DNA of 64,000 nucleotides from Eledone cirrhosa (Eukaryota): NCBI GenBank assembly GCA_964016885.1, contig OZ024743.1, positions 305,474,001 to 305,538,000 of the forward strand, read 5' to 3'. Shown piece by piece: positions 24,748 to 36,070 of this stretch (position 1 is its first letter; each line of letters starts with the position of its first letter). The notes under the pieces were generated by a model. It saw only the letters and a program-made list of their open reading frames with translations, ran no database searches and was not told where the DNA came from. The position numbers and the translations under genes were made by a program.

Positions 24748-27147
24748 AACAATAATGGTCTTATTTATAAACTGAAGATTGAGAGAAATTTGAGATAAAA
24801 GAGAAAAAGATTGAAAGAAATTGTTAATAATATTACAATGATATTGAAATAGACAATATGAAATTAATTAATCATCTAGTCTTTTATTCTACAACAAGAT
24901 CCTCAATTCAAAACTGATTACGAATTGTAACATATATGTTGATAGTGTTTATAAAAATATCTCATTTCCAGCTAAAATGTACAGACACAGTAGCATCCAG
25001 TGCATTTCCTTTTTGAAATGATAAACCACCGTAGGTTAGAGTAGACTGTATGGTTCTCCACTAAGTTAAAGTATGACATGACTGTGACAAAAGATTTGTA
25101 GATCTCACTTAGTCCTACCTACATGTCATTGAAATCCTTATTTAGGGCTAACCTGAAACTAAACAACATCTAAAGAGTTGGCATCTTTTCACTGGAGTAA
25201 AATCTATTATTTTTAGTTAAAAAAATTTTTTTATATGCAAAAAAATCACAGTGGAAATTCATAAAATTAAAAAGCACTACATATAGCACTAACTGAAAAC
25301 CATATTCATAAGCTCACCATTATTGGAATGAATTAAATACTTCATTACAAATTGACTAATGGAAACTGGGACAGATATATACTGGCTCAACTTTATAGAT
25401 TCTTCTTTGTGTCTTTTGTTTTGAATATAAAATTTAATGATATATTTTATGACATTCTTTTTTTGTGAAAATCATAGTTAACTGAATCATCAGTTGATTC
25501 TTTTCAAACTATTGATTCTTTTCCTGATAAGTCAATGGTTTGTATTGTGCCAATTATGTTGTAACGTATCCATGACAAGCATAGTCAACTTTCAATGGTA
25601 CAGTTCACTCATTAGTAGAGAACAGCTAAATGTGTACTGAGTAAGGTATTAGTTATATAATTAGCTCCCAGTGCTAGGCTCAACTTCTCTCATGTAAAAA
25701 TTAGAATTAGATTTATTTATTTATTCAATTTAAAGGTCCGTATAGAACTAGTAAGCCATGACAGACTTGGAGGAGTATTGAGTACTCCTTACAGCTGGTA
25801 ATCAAAAAGAGCTAGTGAGACAAGTAATAAAAAAGGAAAGAAAAAAAATTAAAAACTAAAATAAAAATAATAATAGAAAAAGAGAAAAGGGGGAAAAAAT
25901 AAAATAACAAAAATAACATTTCAAACATTGAAGGCCAATGGGAGGCAGATTATGCCCCAGAAAATGAAAATAAAAACAGGAAACAAGGGAAGCTGTACAA
26001 CAGATAGAGATTCTCATATTCAATTCTTTTGTAGCTTCCATGTACTCAAAGATTTTGTTTATATTTGGTAGACCTGTATTCAAATATTGAATTTCCAATC
26101 TTAGTAGTTTTTTAAAGATTGGTTTCAGCATAGCCTCTCTCTCAGACTGATAGTTTCTACATTAGAACAAATAGTTTCAAAGAGTTGCTGGAGAGTCACC
26201 ACAAGAACATAGAAGTAAATCTCTATGACCCGTTCTTGATAGAATGCAGTTCGAAGCCAGCATAGTATATGTCCAGTTCGAAGCCAGCACAGTATTTTTT
26301 TTATTTGCATTACTCATTCATAACTATGTAGAAAAACTGTTTAGCACTATAAAAATCACAATGAAGTCCAGCATATCATAATATATAGAATTGGCATCAA
26401 CGTATATAAAAGAATACAAGTAAATCTTTTAAAGAGCAAAACATGTCATCTAACCAACATTTTTTTTTTTTAACCTGTAAAACTCTCTATCTCTGTTTAT
26501 ATAAATGTATCAATATGTCAGTTGACTATATGGAAAATGGATCTCAAAAGCATTTTTCAACAAATGAAAAAATGTTTAGTCTTTATATTTTTCTTAAAAT
26601 ATAATATCCCGGATAACCACAAGGTTGTCAAATTAATAACAACTAATCAACTTGCAACTGATCAAATATGAATTATTAAATCTATGAATGAACATTAACT
26701 ATCATTACCACAGTCTAACTTATATATCATTTGAGAAATCCTGCTGTTATTAAAACTAAATTGAAAAACAAGCCACTATAAAAGACTGTTATGTTTACTC
26801 TTTTTAATAAAAAGAATCCTTGCTTCTATGGCTGGTGATAATTATGATAAAAAAACACCCAGTCCACATTGTAAATTGGTTGGCAATAGGAAGGGCATCA
26901 AGACAGAAACAGTTCTGTATGAGCAAGACACGATCTGGCTTGTCTCACAATAGGACAACTTACTATAAATATGGTTAGCGTTAGGAAGAGCATGTAGCCA
27001 TAGAAACTAAGCCAAAAACAGTTCTGTATAGCGTGGAAAATGGATATAAAATGGTGATGATGTTGAATGCAGATTTGTGATAAATATCTAATAAATTTTC
27101 CATGCTATGATGATATTTGAATATTCTTATTTTTTATTCCGTTATAG

Positions 27148-27309
27148 GGTGACAGTGGAGGTCCATTAGTATGCCCCAATGAAGAAGGAAACTGGGCTGT
27201 ATATGGTATTGTTAGCTATGGTTTTAACTATTGTCGTGGACGTATTTCACAACCAAGTGTGTTTGTCAATATCTATAAATTGATGTCATGGATTAACAGA
27301 TATATATAA
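27148..27309 (+). CDS. S1 serine protease, last coding exon containing catalytic Ser195
   Basis: Acceptor ttccgttatag|; GDSGGPLVCPNEEGNWAVYGIVSYGFNYCRGRISQPSVFVNIYKLMSWINRYI*; missed by the ORF track. Confidence 0.95.
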   Translation, partial: GDSGGPLVCPNEEGNWAVYGIVSYGFNYCRGRISQPSVFVNIYKLMSWINRYI

Positions 27310-27674
27310 CAAATTCCAAACAAAGTGCTTCCTACAAAATTATTGTGTACCTGAATTTATTAACTCTATTAACCGCTTAATCCTACAATTATCAAAAATC
27401 TTACCAGATGAGATAGGTTTCAATCTCATCTGATTCTTGCTTATTTTCTTTCTCATGCTCTACGTATCTATGATAAGTTTATATATGAAAAGGTATTCTT
27501 TGAACATTCCTAGCTTAATTATAAATATATTAATTATAGTTTATATGTTTTCATACAGAAAGTTATTGTATTTTCCAGAGTATACAATAGACTTCTTTTA
27601 CCCAAAGATTTCGTGTCAAAATCTGCCTGCATCCTATACACCGAAGGTATGATTATTATTATTATTATTAATAT

Positions 27675-27840
27675 TGGTAGGGCATCGGACAACATGCTTT
27701 GTAGCATACAGTTACATCCCTTTATGTTCTGAGTTCAAATCCCACAGAGGTTAACTTTGCCTTTCATAATTCAGGGCCGATTAAATAAAGTACCAGTAAT
27801 GCATTGGGGTCAATTTAATCAACTTCCCCTCCCCACAGAA
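27675..27840 (+). mobile_element. OK-like SINE
   Basis: B box and body match. Confidence 0.85.
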
Positions 27841-28544
27841 ACCATTATTATAACCACCTATGATAATTGTTGCTCTGGGAATTATAGAAGAACATACACA
27901 GATGCATAACAAAAATCCCAAGACTTACAAATATATAAAGCATATAGAAAATAGCACTACTAGGCACTGAACATGTATTACAAGGAGTAATTTCCATACA
28001 CTAAATACAATAACACTAAAAAACAAGACTTCTCATTAACACATAATTAAAATAAAGCTAATGGCAATTATCATTTAACATCTGTTCTCCTGTCTAGCAT
28101 GAGTAGATTATTACAGATCTCAGTCACTACTTCAGACCACTCAGATAAACTGATGAGAACACATTTTGTTTATATATGTTCCTACACTGTATAGTGTGTA
28201 TCAGGTGCATTTCATCATGACACCAGCACTAGGGAGGTTGTCATGTCTTTGACACAACTAAAGAAGACCCTTGGTGTGGTTTCTATAGCTGAATGCCCTT
28301 TCTATCACCAACCACCTTACAAGGTGTACTGGGTGTATTCTTCATGGTACCAGCTCTAGTGAGATTGTCAATCATTGACTCAAGTTAAGGGTCATTTCTA
28401 TTCTATGAGAGAAACAGGATAAGATGGGATAATAAGAATAAATATAGAGCCATAGGCACATGGCAGGTAGGAGAGGGGAGAAGGAAGCATTGATCTCCAA
28501 TATTGGGGAGGTACTACTACTACTATTACTACTACCACTTATAA

Positions 28545-28912
28545 TAATGCTTTCTTATATAGGCACAAAGCCAGCAATTTGGGGAAGGGGAAAGTCGATT
28601 AAATTGACCCCATTGCATTACTGGTACTTTATTGTTTATCGACCCTGTAAGGATGGATGGCAAAGCTAACCTCTGTGGGATTTGAACTCGGAACTTAAAC
28701 GGCAGTAACTATGCTGCAAATAATAATTGTTTCTATTTTTTGCACAAGGCCAGCAATTATTCCAGTGTATTACTGGTACTTTATTTTATCGACCACGTCA
28801 GGATGAAAAGCAAAGTTAACCTCGGAGGGATTTGAACTCAGACCATAAAGGGCCGTAACTCTTTGCTGCAAAGCATGGCGTCCAACCCTCTACTGATACT
28901 GCCAATCCACTG
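28545..28912 (-). mobile_element. tandem pair of OK-like SINEs
   Basis: Two reverse-oriented copies. Confidence 0.85.
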
Positions 28913-29569
28913 CAAATAATAATAATGTTAATAATGATAATAATAATAAAACTTTCACCCCACAAACCTTTTTCTTTAAAGTAAGGGTGCATATAACTGG
29001 GGATACAACCACACACGTTTTGATTCACCATAGGTGTTTCTGTTCACATTTTTCTGTCTCCAGGGGTAATTTTTCAAACTATTATTTGATTATCAACTCT
29101 TATTGTTGTTATCTGCGTTACAGTGACTATATTTTCAAATTTAAATGATTTATGATTATATAATAATTTTCATAATAATTTTGCAATTTTAATAAAAAAA
29201 TTAGTGTGATATGAACTAATTTGTTATGTTGTCATTTTATTTTTAGTTATAACCTTTGTTTCTTTCTTTACTATATATATATATATATATATACTACTTA
29301 ATTCTTAATGTCACACTGAAATCTTTTGTTAAAATATTTTTTTTTTTCATATAGCTCATGTATAATATAACTAGCTTTTAAGAAATACAGGTAGGCCTAT
29401 CATAGGGGAGGTGGCAAAAATGTTAGGTGAATTTTTATCAAATAAGTATTAGTAATTGAAATAACAGACTCAATTTATTCAACTGTACTATATAATTTTC
29501 CTAGTTTATTGTAATATAGCCATCCCAAAATATGAGATATCACTCAAAATATGAGATATTACCCAAGAT

Positions 29570-31700
29570 TTGCAGAGACATTTGTTTTCATTTATATCTG
29601 ACAATATCATTCATGGCATTCTTGTAGGCTATCAGCAACTCTACCTGTAAGTTTCTTTTTCCTGGACCTGCCTCCTACATAGTCTAGTTTCAGTCCTTTT
29701 GATGCTACATGAAGAGAAAAACTATTATACCTGTTATATTTTTCTCAACAATTGAAATGAGAACAGAAAAAAGATGATCAAGTGAATATATATTGAAACA
29801 CTGAACTTTTGAAGGTGTACGATTCCCCACCCATCCGCCACAAACCTACAAAAATATCCTCTATGTTTATATACAGCCAAGACTTCAGAATGTTCTGGAA
29901 CATGCATGTGTGTCATACTCTGATTGGACAATAGTAGATTTGTCGAAATCATGTCAAATATTCGCACATCTGCCTCCTCCAAGTGGATTATTTTACATTC
30001 GTAAAAAAGCCTTGATAATTTGAAGGTCATGATTTTGATTCTTGCCTGTGGATCTTCCTAATACCCCCACCTAAAGGTCCTTGGTCATATGGTCGGAGAT
30101 AAGGGTTTACCTTCGGAGGCAATACTAGTTTTCTTTGGTGAGTAGAATGTCAAAGTGTTTGGTTTGATATTTGACTATTGTTTTCACAGGTAGATTAAAG
30201 GTATCTAAAATGATTTCAAGTGTTAGCTGTGATTCATGCTGAGATTGATGTAAAAGTTCGTTTTTGTAACACATCTGGTTAATATATCTAGTCCAGCTGT
30301 TTTGTCGATCTTGGATGTCATAAATCACTTTTCCCATTTGTGTATAATAACTCCCGTTGTCCATCTTATTGGTTTACAATGGTTGCAAAAAAGTACGGTA
30401 TCACCTGGTTGCAGTAATTTTTTAAACTTTGAACCACCAAAATTTGCAAATCGGCTTCGGCTAAATCAAGTTTTGCAAAAATCTTCCGCCTATTTAATTT
30501 TGCAAATAAGTCATCTGGAAAAGGGAGTGAATACAGAGGATCATCAAGTACTTCGTTTAGTGCTGAAAAATCAGCACAACCTATTAAGCTCTTTGGTCAC
30601 GACAATTGGTGCTTTCCAAGTGGAATAAGTCAGTGAAGTCAAAATTCCACTCTGTTGTGGACAGGTGAATTCTTTCTCCACCAAAGCCTGGGCTACATGT
30701 AGCACAGGAAACTTTAGACAAAAAACTGGACATGATTCTGGGCATATCATTAGGGTAGCTTCAAATTTGGCACATAACTCCAATCTATCTGCAAACACTG
30801 ACAAATATTTTTGAGTTAATTTTAACAGCATATTTGTTTCTACTTAAGATAGTATCTGCATATGGTTACAAATTTCGTTCATTTGTTGGTCCAGCCTGTA
30901 CAGATTTTCAAGCCAATTGAGACCAAAAAGATCCAAATTTATATTGTTCATCACATAACAAATATCATTGATCTTTGTCTCTTTCAAACTTGACGTTGGA
31001 GTTAATTTGGCTACAAATATTTAGTCAGTTTCCAGATATAATTTGTGTAGTTTTAGTTATGGCTACAATTTTAGGCCGACCAATATACCGCCAAGTTTGT
31101 CTTGAAATTAGAGTAATGTCAGAAGCCGTGTCTAACTAAAGTGGACCCGTTAGTAAACGAGTAACTAGACATGCCTTCGTTTTGGTGGTGCATCAGTCGA
31201 TGTGAATTGTGTACGAATTTGATGTTTGTGTCTTCCCATTGACATCTGTTTTTCTATTCAACAATAGATAGTGACGCAACACTAATTTTCAAGATAACAC
31301 AACAATTGTGACATCTGTAATTTCTAATTTTGTAAAATTGGGCATAATGCCAATTGCCACAATGCCAGAGTACTGTCAGGCATCTTTCATTGTGCCCAAT
31401 GAGATTCAATGAGATTTTTTATTTTTATTGTCATTGTGAAGGTAAAATGGCTTGAGCTAAATTTGGATGACTTTTATCTACCATTACTATATAATGCTTT
31501 AAATTCACCAACTGCTGGAATTCGGTAGTCACGTCTTGTAACTCCATGTCTGGTGACTATTCCAAACTATTAATAATACACATCAGCATCTTTCGATGTC
31601 TGTAACACGCAAACAACAATGATTTAAATTGGTCATCTGTCATCTGAGGTAGCTGCAAATGTTCAAAATTGCAATTCACCAGACCTGCATAGATGACGAA
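29570..31700 (-). mobile_element. degenerate Ty3/Gypsy gag-pol relic
   Basis: Minus strand: gag-like QMTDDQFKSLLF, knuckle CWHCGNWH, protease DTASDITLIS, RT start WKAPIVV...RLCADFST; many stops. Confidence 0.7.
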
Positions 31701-32471
31701 ATCTTCTGACAACGTTTCACATAGATAAACTGATATATGAGAAAATAGTTTATAAATGGGATTCATGTGAAATTGGACAAATGAAGGGTAGAAGAATAGC
31801 AGCATTTCAGGTTTCCCCATCTATATTAATTTGGGAGTAGGAAAAGAATCAGGGTCCCGACGGCTGAGTATATGGTATATATGTATGTATTTTTTACAAC
31901 TCCATATTCAGTAAAACATTCTTATTGCATTCGTATTCAAATGTGTAAAGGCATATGGCTTAATAGTTAGAGTGATTGTGTGTAAAGGCTGGTTTCGGTA
32001 ATTTCGTATGGAAATCGAATGCTTAGGACTTTTGTCTAACATTTGAATGCTTCTTAACGAGGCGAGGTACTTATATTGAAAGCCACGTTACCTGTATTTG
32101 TTTGTTCAAAGTAAATATTACGTTATAGTTTCTTTATATATTTGAGAAGATATCAAAGAAACTATATAAATGTCTCCGCATATAATATATCATTGTATCA
32201 ATTGCACTTATGCGTTCTCGCGTAATAGCTGCATTAAGTCTTGAACTAGACATGATAAAAACTTAGACTGAGAAAAAGTGTAAAATATGTATTAGGAAAC
32301 GTCCATTAGAGAAAATTAAAATGCGTGATCGAATGAAAGGAAATGACAAATTCTAAACGAACTGTTGATGACGAGAAGATAAAATAAAATAAAAATATCA
32401 GATGAAATGTAAAAATGTAAATAAAGCTTCGACGAAGATACGGACCGAACGGAACTAAAAATGTAAGTAAG

Positions 32472-32516
32472 CAATGGCTTAGGATTATACCGCCTTAAAC
32501 ACTCGGCCACCTCGTC
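32472..32516 (-). pseudogene. 5' half of a tRNA-Ser(GCT)-like gene (also 34846-34890 minus, 63428-63472 plus)
   Basis: gacgaggtggccgagtgtttaaggcg...ctaagccattg resembles the metazoan tRNA-Ser(GCT) 5' half GACGAGGTGGCCGAGTGGTTAAGGCG...CTAATCCATTG; no T arm follows. Confidence 0.7.
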
Positions 32517-32682
32517 ACGTAAAGTCTAGACAACGTTTAACAAATATAAACTGATATATGAGAAAATAGTTTATAAATGGGATTCGTGTGAAATTGGACA
32601 AATGAAGCGTACAAAAATAGCAGCATTTCAGGTTTCCCCATCTACAATAATTTGGGAGTAGGAAAAGAATCAGGATCCCGAA

Positions 32683-32762
32683 GGCTGAGCAGCTAAGGCC
32701 GTTTCGACAGCTAGATCCGAACTCAGTTCTGATCTAGCTGTGAAAACGGCCGGAGCTCAGCC
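32683..32762. other. 80-nt near-perfect palindrome/hairpin (copies ~35057-35136, 39140-39206, 59166-59232, 63182-63261)
   Basis: ggctgagc..ggccgttt-cg-acagctagatc-c-gaact-c-agttc-t-gatctagctgt-ga-aaacggcc..gctcagcc. Confidence 0.85.
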
Positions 32763-33090
32763 ACTCTACTACCCTAAGTATTGAGTTCTCTGCTTTGTAA
32801 TGGTCCACCTGGTTTCTTACCACACTCTCATTGTTGTTAATTTTAGAGTATGAATGTTTAGGAAATGTTTTAAACTATCGAGTAAATAATAATTAAAATT
32901 GATTGGATACGAATTTTATGAGTGAGTCTAACAAACATAAGACTTGTTATAGACCAATTGAAATTAAATTACTTCTCCAATAGTGGGCAAAATTTGGTAA
33001 TCAATACGAAATAATTAGAAACACTTTCAAAGATTGTACCGTCTAAAATATTATCTATAGTAATTTATATTGTCAGCCTAAAATTCAGTA

Positions 33091-33164
33091 GTCAATTGTG
33101 GGTCAGTGGCTAGCGTATTAGACAAGGAAACTGGTGGTCAGGTATTCGACACATGTCAACCTCA
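33091..33164 (+). pseudogene. degenerate tRNA-like gene, closest by eye to tRNA-Trp (copies 35453-35526, 48618-48691; inverted ~54322-54396, ~62780-62853)
   Basis: ~74 nt; A-box-like tg(g)..ca.tggctagcg, B-box-like gtgttcgactc, followed by T-runs; acceptor stem poorly paired. Confidence 0.55.
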
Positions 33165-33246
33165 ACACGCATCGCTTTTGAAGTAGATGCTTTTCTTTCT
33201 TTTTTCCGGCATTGCTTATGACATCTACTTTCATTAAATATAGTAT

Positions 33247-33430
33247 GTGGATTGGCAGTATCGGTAGAGGGTCGGACGCAATGCTTTCCAGCATAGTTAC
33301 GTCCCTTTACGATCTGAGTTCAAATCCCGCCGAGGTTGACTTTGCCTTTCATCCTTACGGGGTCGATAAAATAAAGTACCAGTAATGCACTGGGTAATTG
33401 CTGGCCTTGTGCCTAAAGTAGAAACAATTA
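33247..33430 (+). mobile_element. OK-like SINE inserted in tandem unit 1
   Basis: TSD attaaatatagta; empty site in unit 2 at ~35599-35612. Confidence 0.92.
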
Positions 33431-36070
33431 AATATAGTAGTTATGACATTTAATTATTTATATTTATGAATGCATGAAGACGATATCCATTCTATCTATA
33501 GTTTACATCATGTGTGTATCAGATTCTTTACATTCTACAATAAATGGTGAACGCTCCTGAATATGATAGAGACATTTCATTAACAAATAGGGATAGTGTG
33601 ATTAAAAGCCAATAGTGAAAATTGAAAATACGATGCTATTGTATTGTTAGAAGTAAAGGAATGCATTCGCAATCACATTAAATCTTCTCTGTATTCGATA
33701 AAATATAGCTACACATATCCACATACTTCGTTCCGTTTATAAATCTTTCACTGCTTATATATAAAGATTCATTTGATTTGATGAAGTAGTTAAAAGCGAA
33801 TATTTCCATATTTAGATGGAGCCATTATTGCAGAAATTCACATGAGTACAGTCAACTTACGTGACAATGAAATTCATTAAAAAAAGAACCGTCCCTAGCC
33901 TATGCTGAAATTCTTATTCTATATTGCAGTATAACCACCGCCGTCCGAATTAGGCTGCTCAGCCATTAATATGCATAATGAAAGGTAAGACTTTGAGAAA
34001 AGCTGTTACCTTTGCATGAAATGTTTAGTTAACTTCTTTCTTATGACATCACAATAACAATTTGTAAATTTAGATTGGATGAATTCGTTTAGCTGTTATA
34101 AATATATCTGACAAATGGAGTGGAATAGAATCGGCTGGAAAGCCCATATAAACATAATGGTGAGGGATGGAGAGAGCGGGAGAGACAGTGGTGGTGTACA
34201 TTTGGTTCGTTTGTGTTCCGAACTGGTATATATGTATATATTTTTTACAGCTCCATATTCGTTATAAAATTCTTATTGCATTCGTATTCAAATATGTAAA
34301 GGCATATGGCTTAATAGTTAGTGATAGTGTTTAAAGGCGTCTTTCGGTAATTTCGTATGGAAATCGAATGCTTAGGACTTTTGTCTAACCTTTGAATGCT
34401 TCTTAATTTCGTACTTAGTCTGTATCTCTGTATTTTCATATTACTTATATTTAAAGCCACATTACCTGTTTTTGTTTGTTCAAAGTAAATATTACGTTAT
34501 AGTTTCTTGATATATTTGAGAAGATATCAAAGAAACTATATAAATGTCACCGCATATAATATATCATTGTATCAATTGCACTTATGCGTTCTCGCGTAAT
34601 AGCTGCATTGAGTCTTGAACTAGACATGACAAAAACTTAGACTGAGAGAAAGTTGAAAATATGTATTAGGAAACGACCATTAGAGAAAAATAAAATGCGT
34701 GATCGAATGAAAGGAAATGACAAATTCTAAACGAACTGTTGATGACTAGAAGATAAAGGAAAATAAAGATATCAGATGAAATGTAAAAATGTAAATAAAG
34801 CTTCGACGAAGATACGGACCGAACGGAACTAAAAATGTAAGTAAGCAATGGTTTAGGATTATACCGCCTTAAACACTCGGCCACATCGTCACGTAAAGTC
34901 TTGACAACGTTTCACAAATATAAACTGATATATGAGAAAATAGTTTATAAATAGGATTCATGTGAAATTGGACAAATGAAGCGTACAAAAATAGCAGCAT
35001 TTCAGGTTTCCCCATCTACAATAATTTGGGAGTAGGAAAAGAATCAGGATCCCGAAGGTTGAGCAGCTAAAGCCGTTTCGACAGCTAGATCCGAACTCAG
35101 TTCTGATCTAGCTGGGAAAACGGCCAGAGGTCAGCCACTCTACTACCCTAAGTATCGAGTTCTCTGCTTTGTAATGGTCCACCTGGTTTCTTACCACACT
35201 CTCTTTGTTGTTAATTTGAGAGTATGAATGTTTTAAACTATTGAGTAAATAATAACTAAAATTGATTGGATACGAATTTTATGAGTGAGTCTAACAAACA
35301 TAAGACTTGTTATAGACCAATTGAAATTAAATTACTTCTCCAATAGTGGACATAATTTGGTAATCAATACGAAATAATTAGAAACACTTTCCAAGATTGT
35401 ACTGTCTAAAATATTATCTATAGTAATTTAAATTGCCACCGAAAATTCAGTAGTCATTTGTTGGTCATTGGCTATCGTACTAGACTAGAAAACTGGTGGT
35501 CACGTGTTCGACTCATGTCAGCCTCAACACGCATCGCTTTTGAAGTAGATGCTTTTCTTTTTCTTTTTTTTTCGGCATTGCTTATGACATCTACTTTCAT
35601 TAAATATAGTAGTTATGAAATTTAATTATTTACATTTATGCATGCATGAAGACGATATTCATTCTATCTATAGTTTACATCATATGTGTATCAGATGCTT
35701 TACATTCTACAATAAATGTTGGACACAACTGAAAATGATAGAGACATTTCATTAACGCCTCCATCCTTTTGAAAAAATGAGTCTATAAATCCTGGAAAAT
35801 TCAGTCCGGTATTAAAAAAAAAAATCCCAGGGGATTGACACTCCAAATTCACTATTCTCCTTTAACTTTGCTCCACTATCCGAATTAAATGACACGACGG
35901 TTCAGTTCATATTCAAATACCGTAAGCGCGTCCTTTGAGAATATGGTTACGATGTTTGCGAAAATGTAAAACAAATATTTATATCCCAGACAGAAATGTT
36001 GACTTTTATTTCTAGAAACTGTTTTTATATAATTGTCTGTTGGTCGATTTTGTATTTCGCTCTATATCTT

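Larger units (their letters stand above)
31872..35757 (+). repeat. ~2.37-kb tandem unit, ~1.6 copies (further pieces at 31700-31868, 39139-39509, 48587-49680 and inverted in the right arm)
   Basis: Near-identical text offset by ~2350-2375 nt (ORFs 32316..32510 vs 34666..34884). Confidence 0.92.

Noticed and set aside
26125-26310. ORF with duplicated LCWLRTGH motif
   Set aside because: Probably a decayed I/Jockey-group LINE C-terminus with a 21-bp tandem duplication; too degraded to call
32316-32510. Repeated ORF MAECLRRYNP... (3 copies) as a gene family
   Set aside because: It starts at a GTG within the tRNA-Ser relic, has low-complexity AT-driven composition and variable stops; a by-product of the repeat
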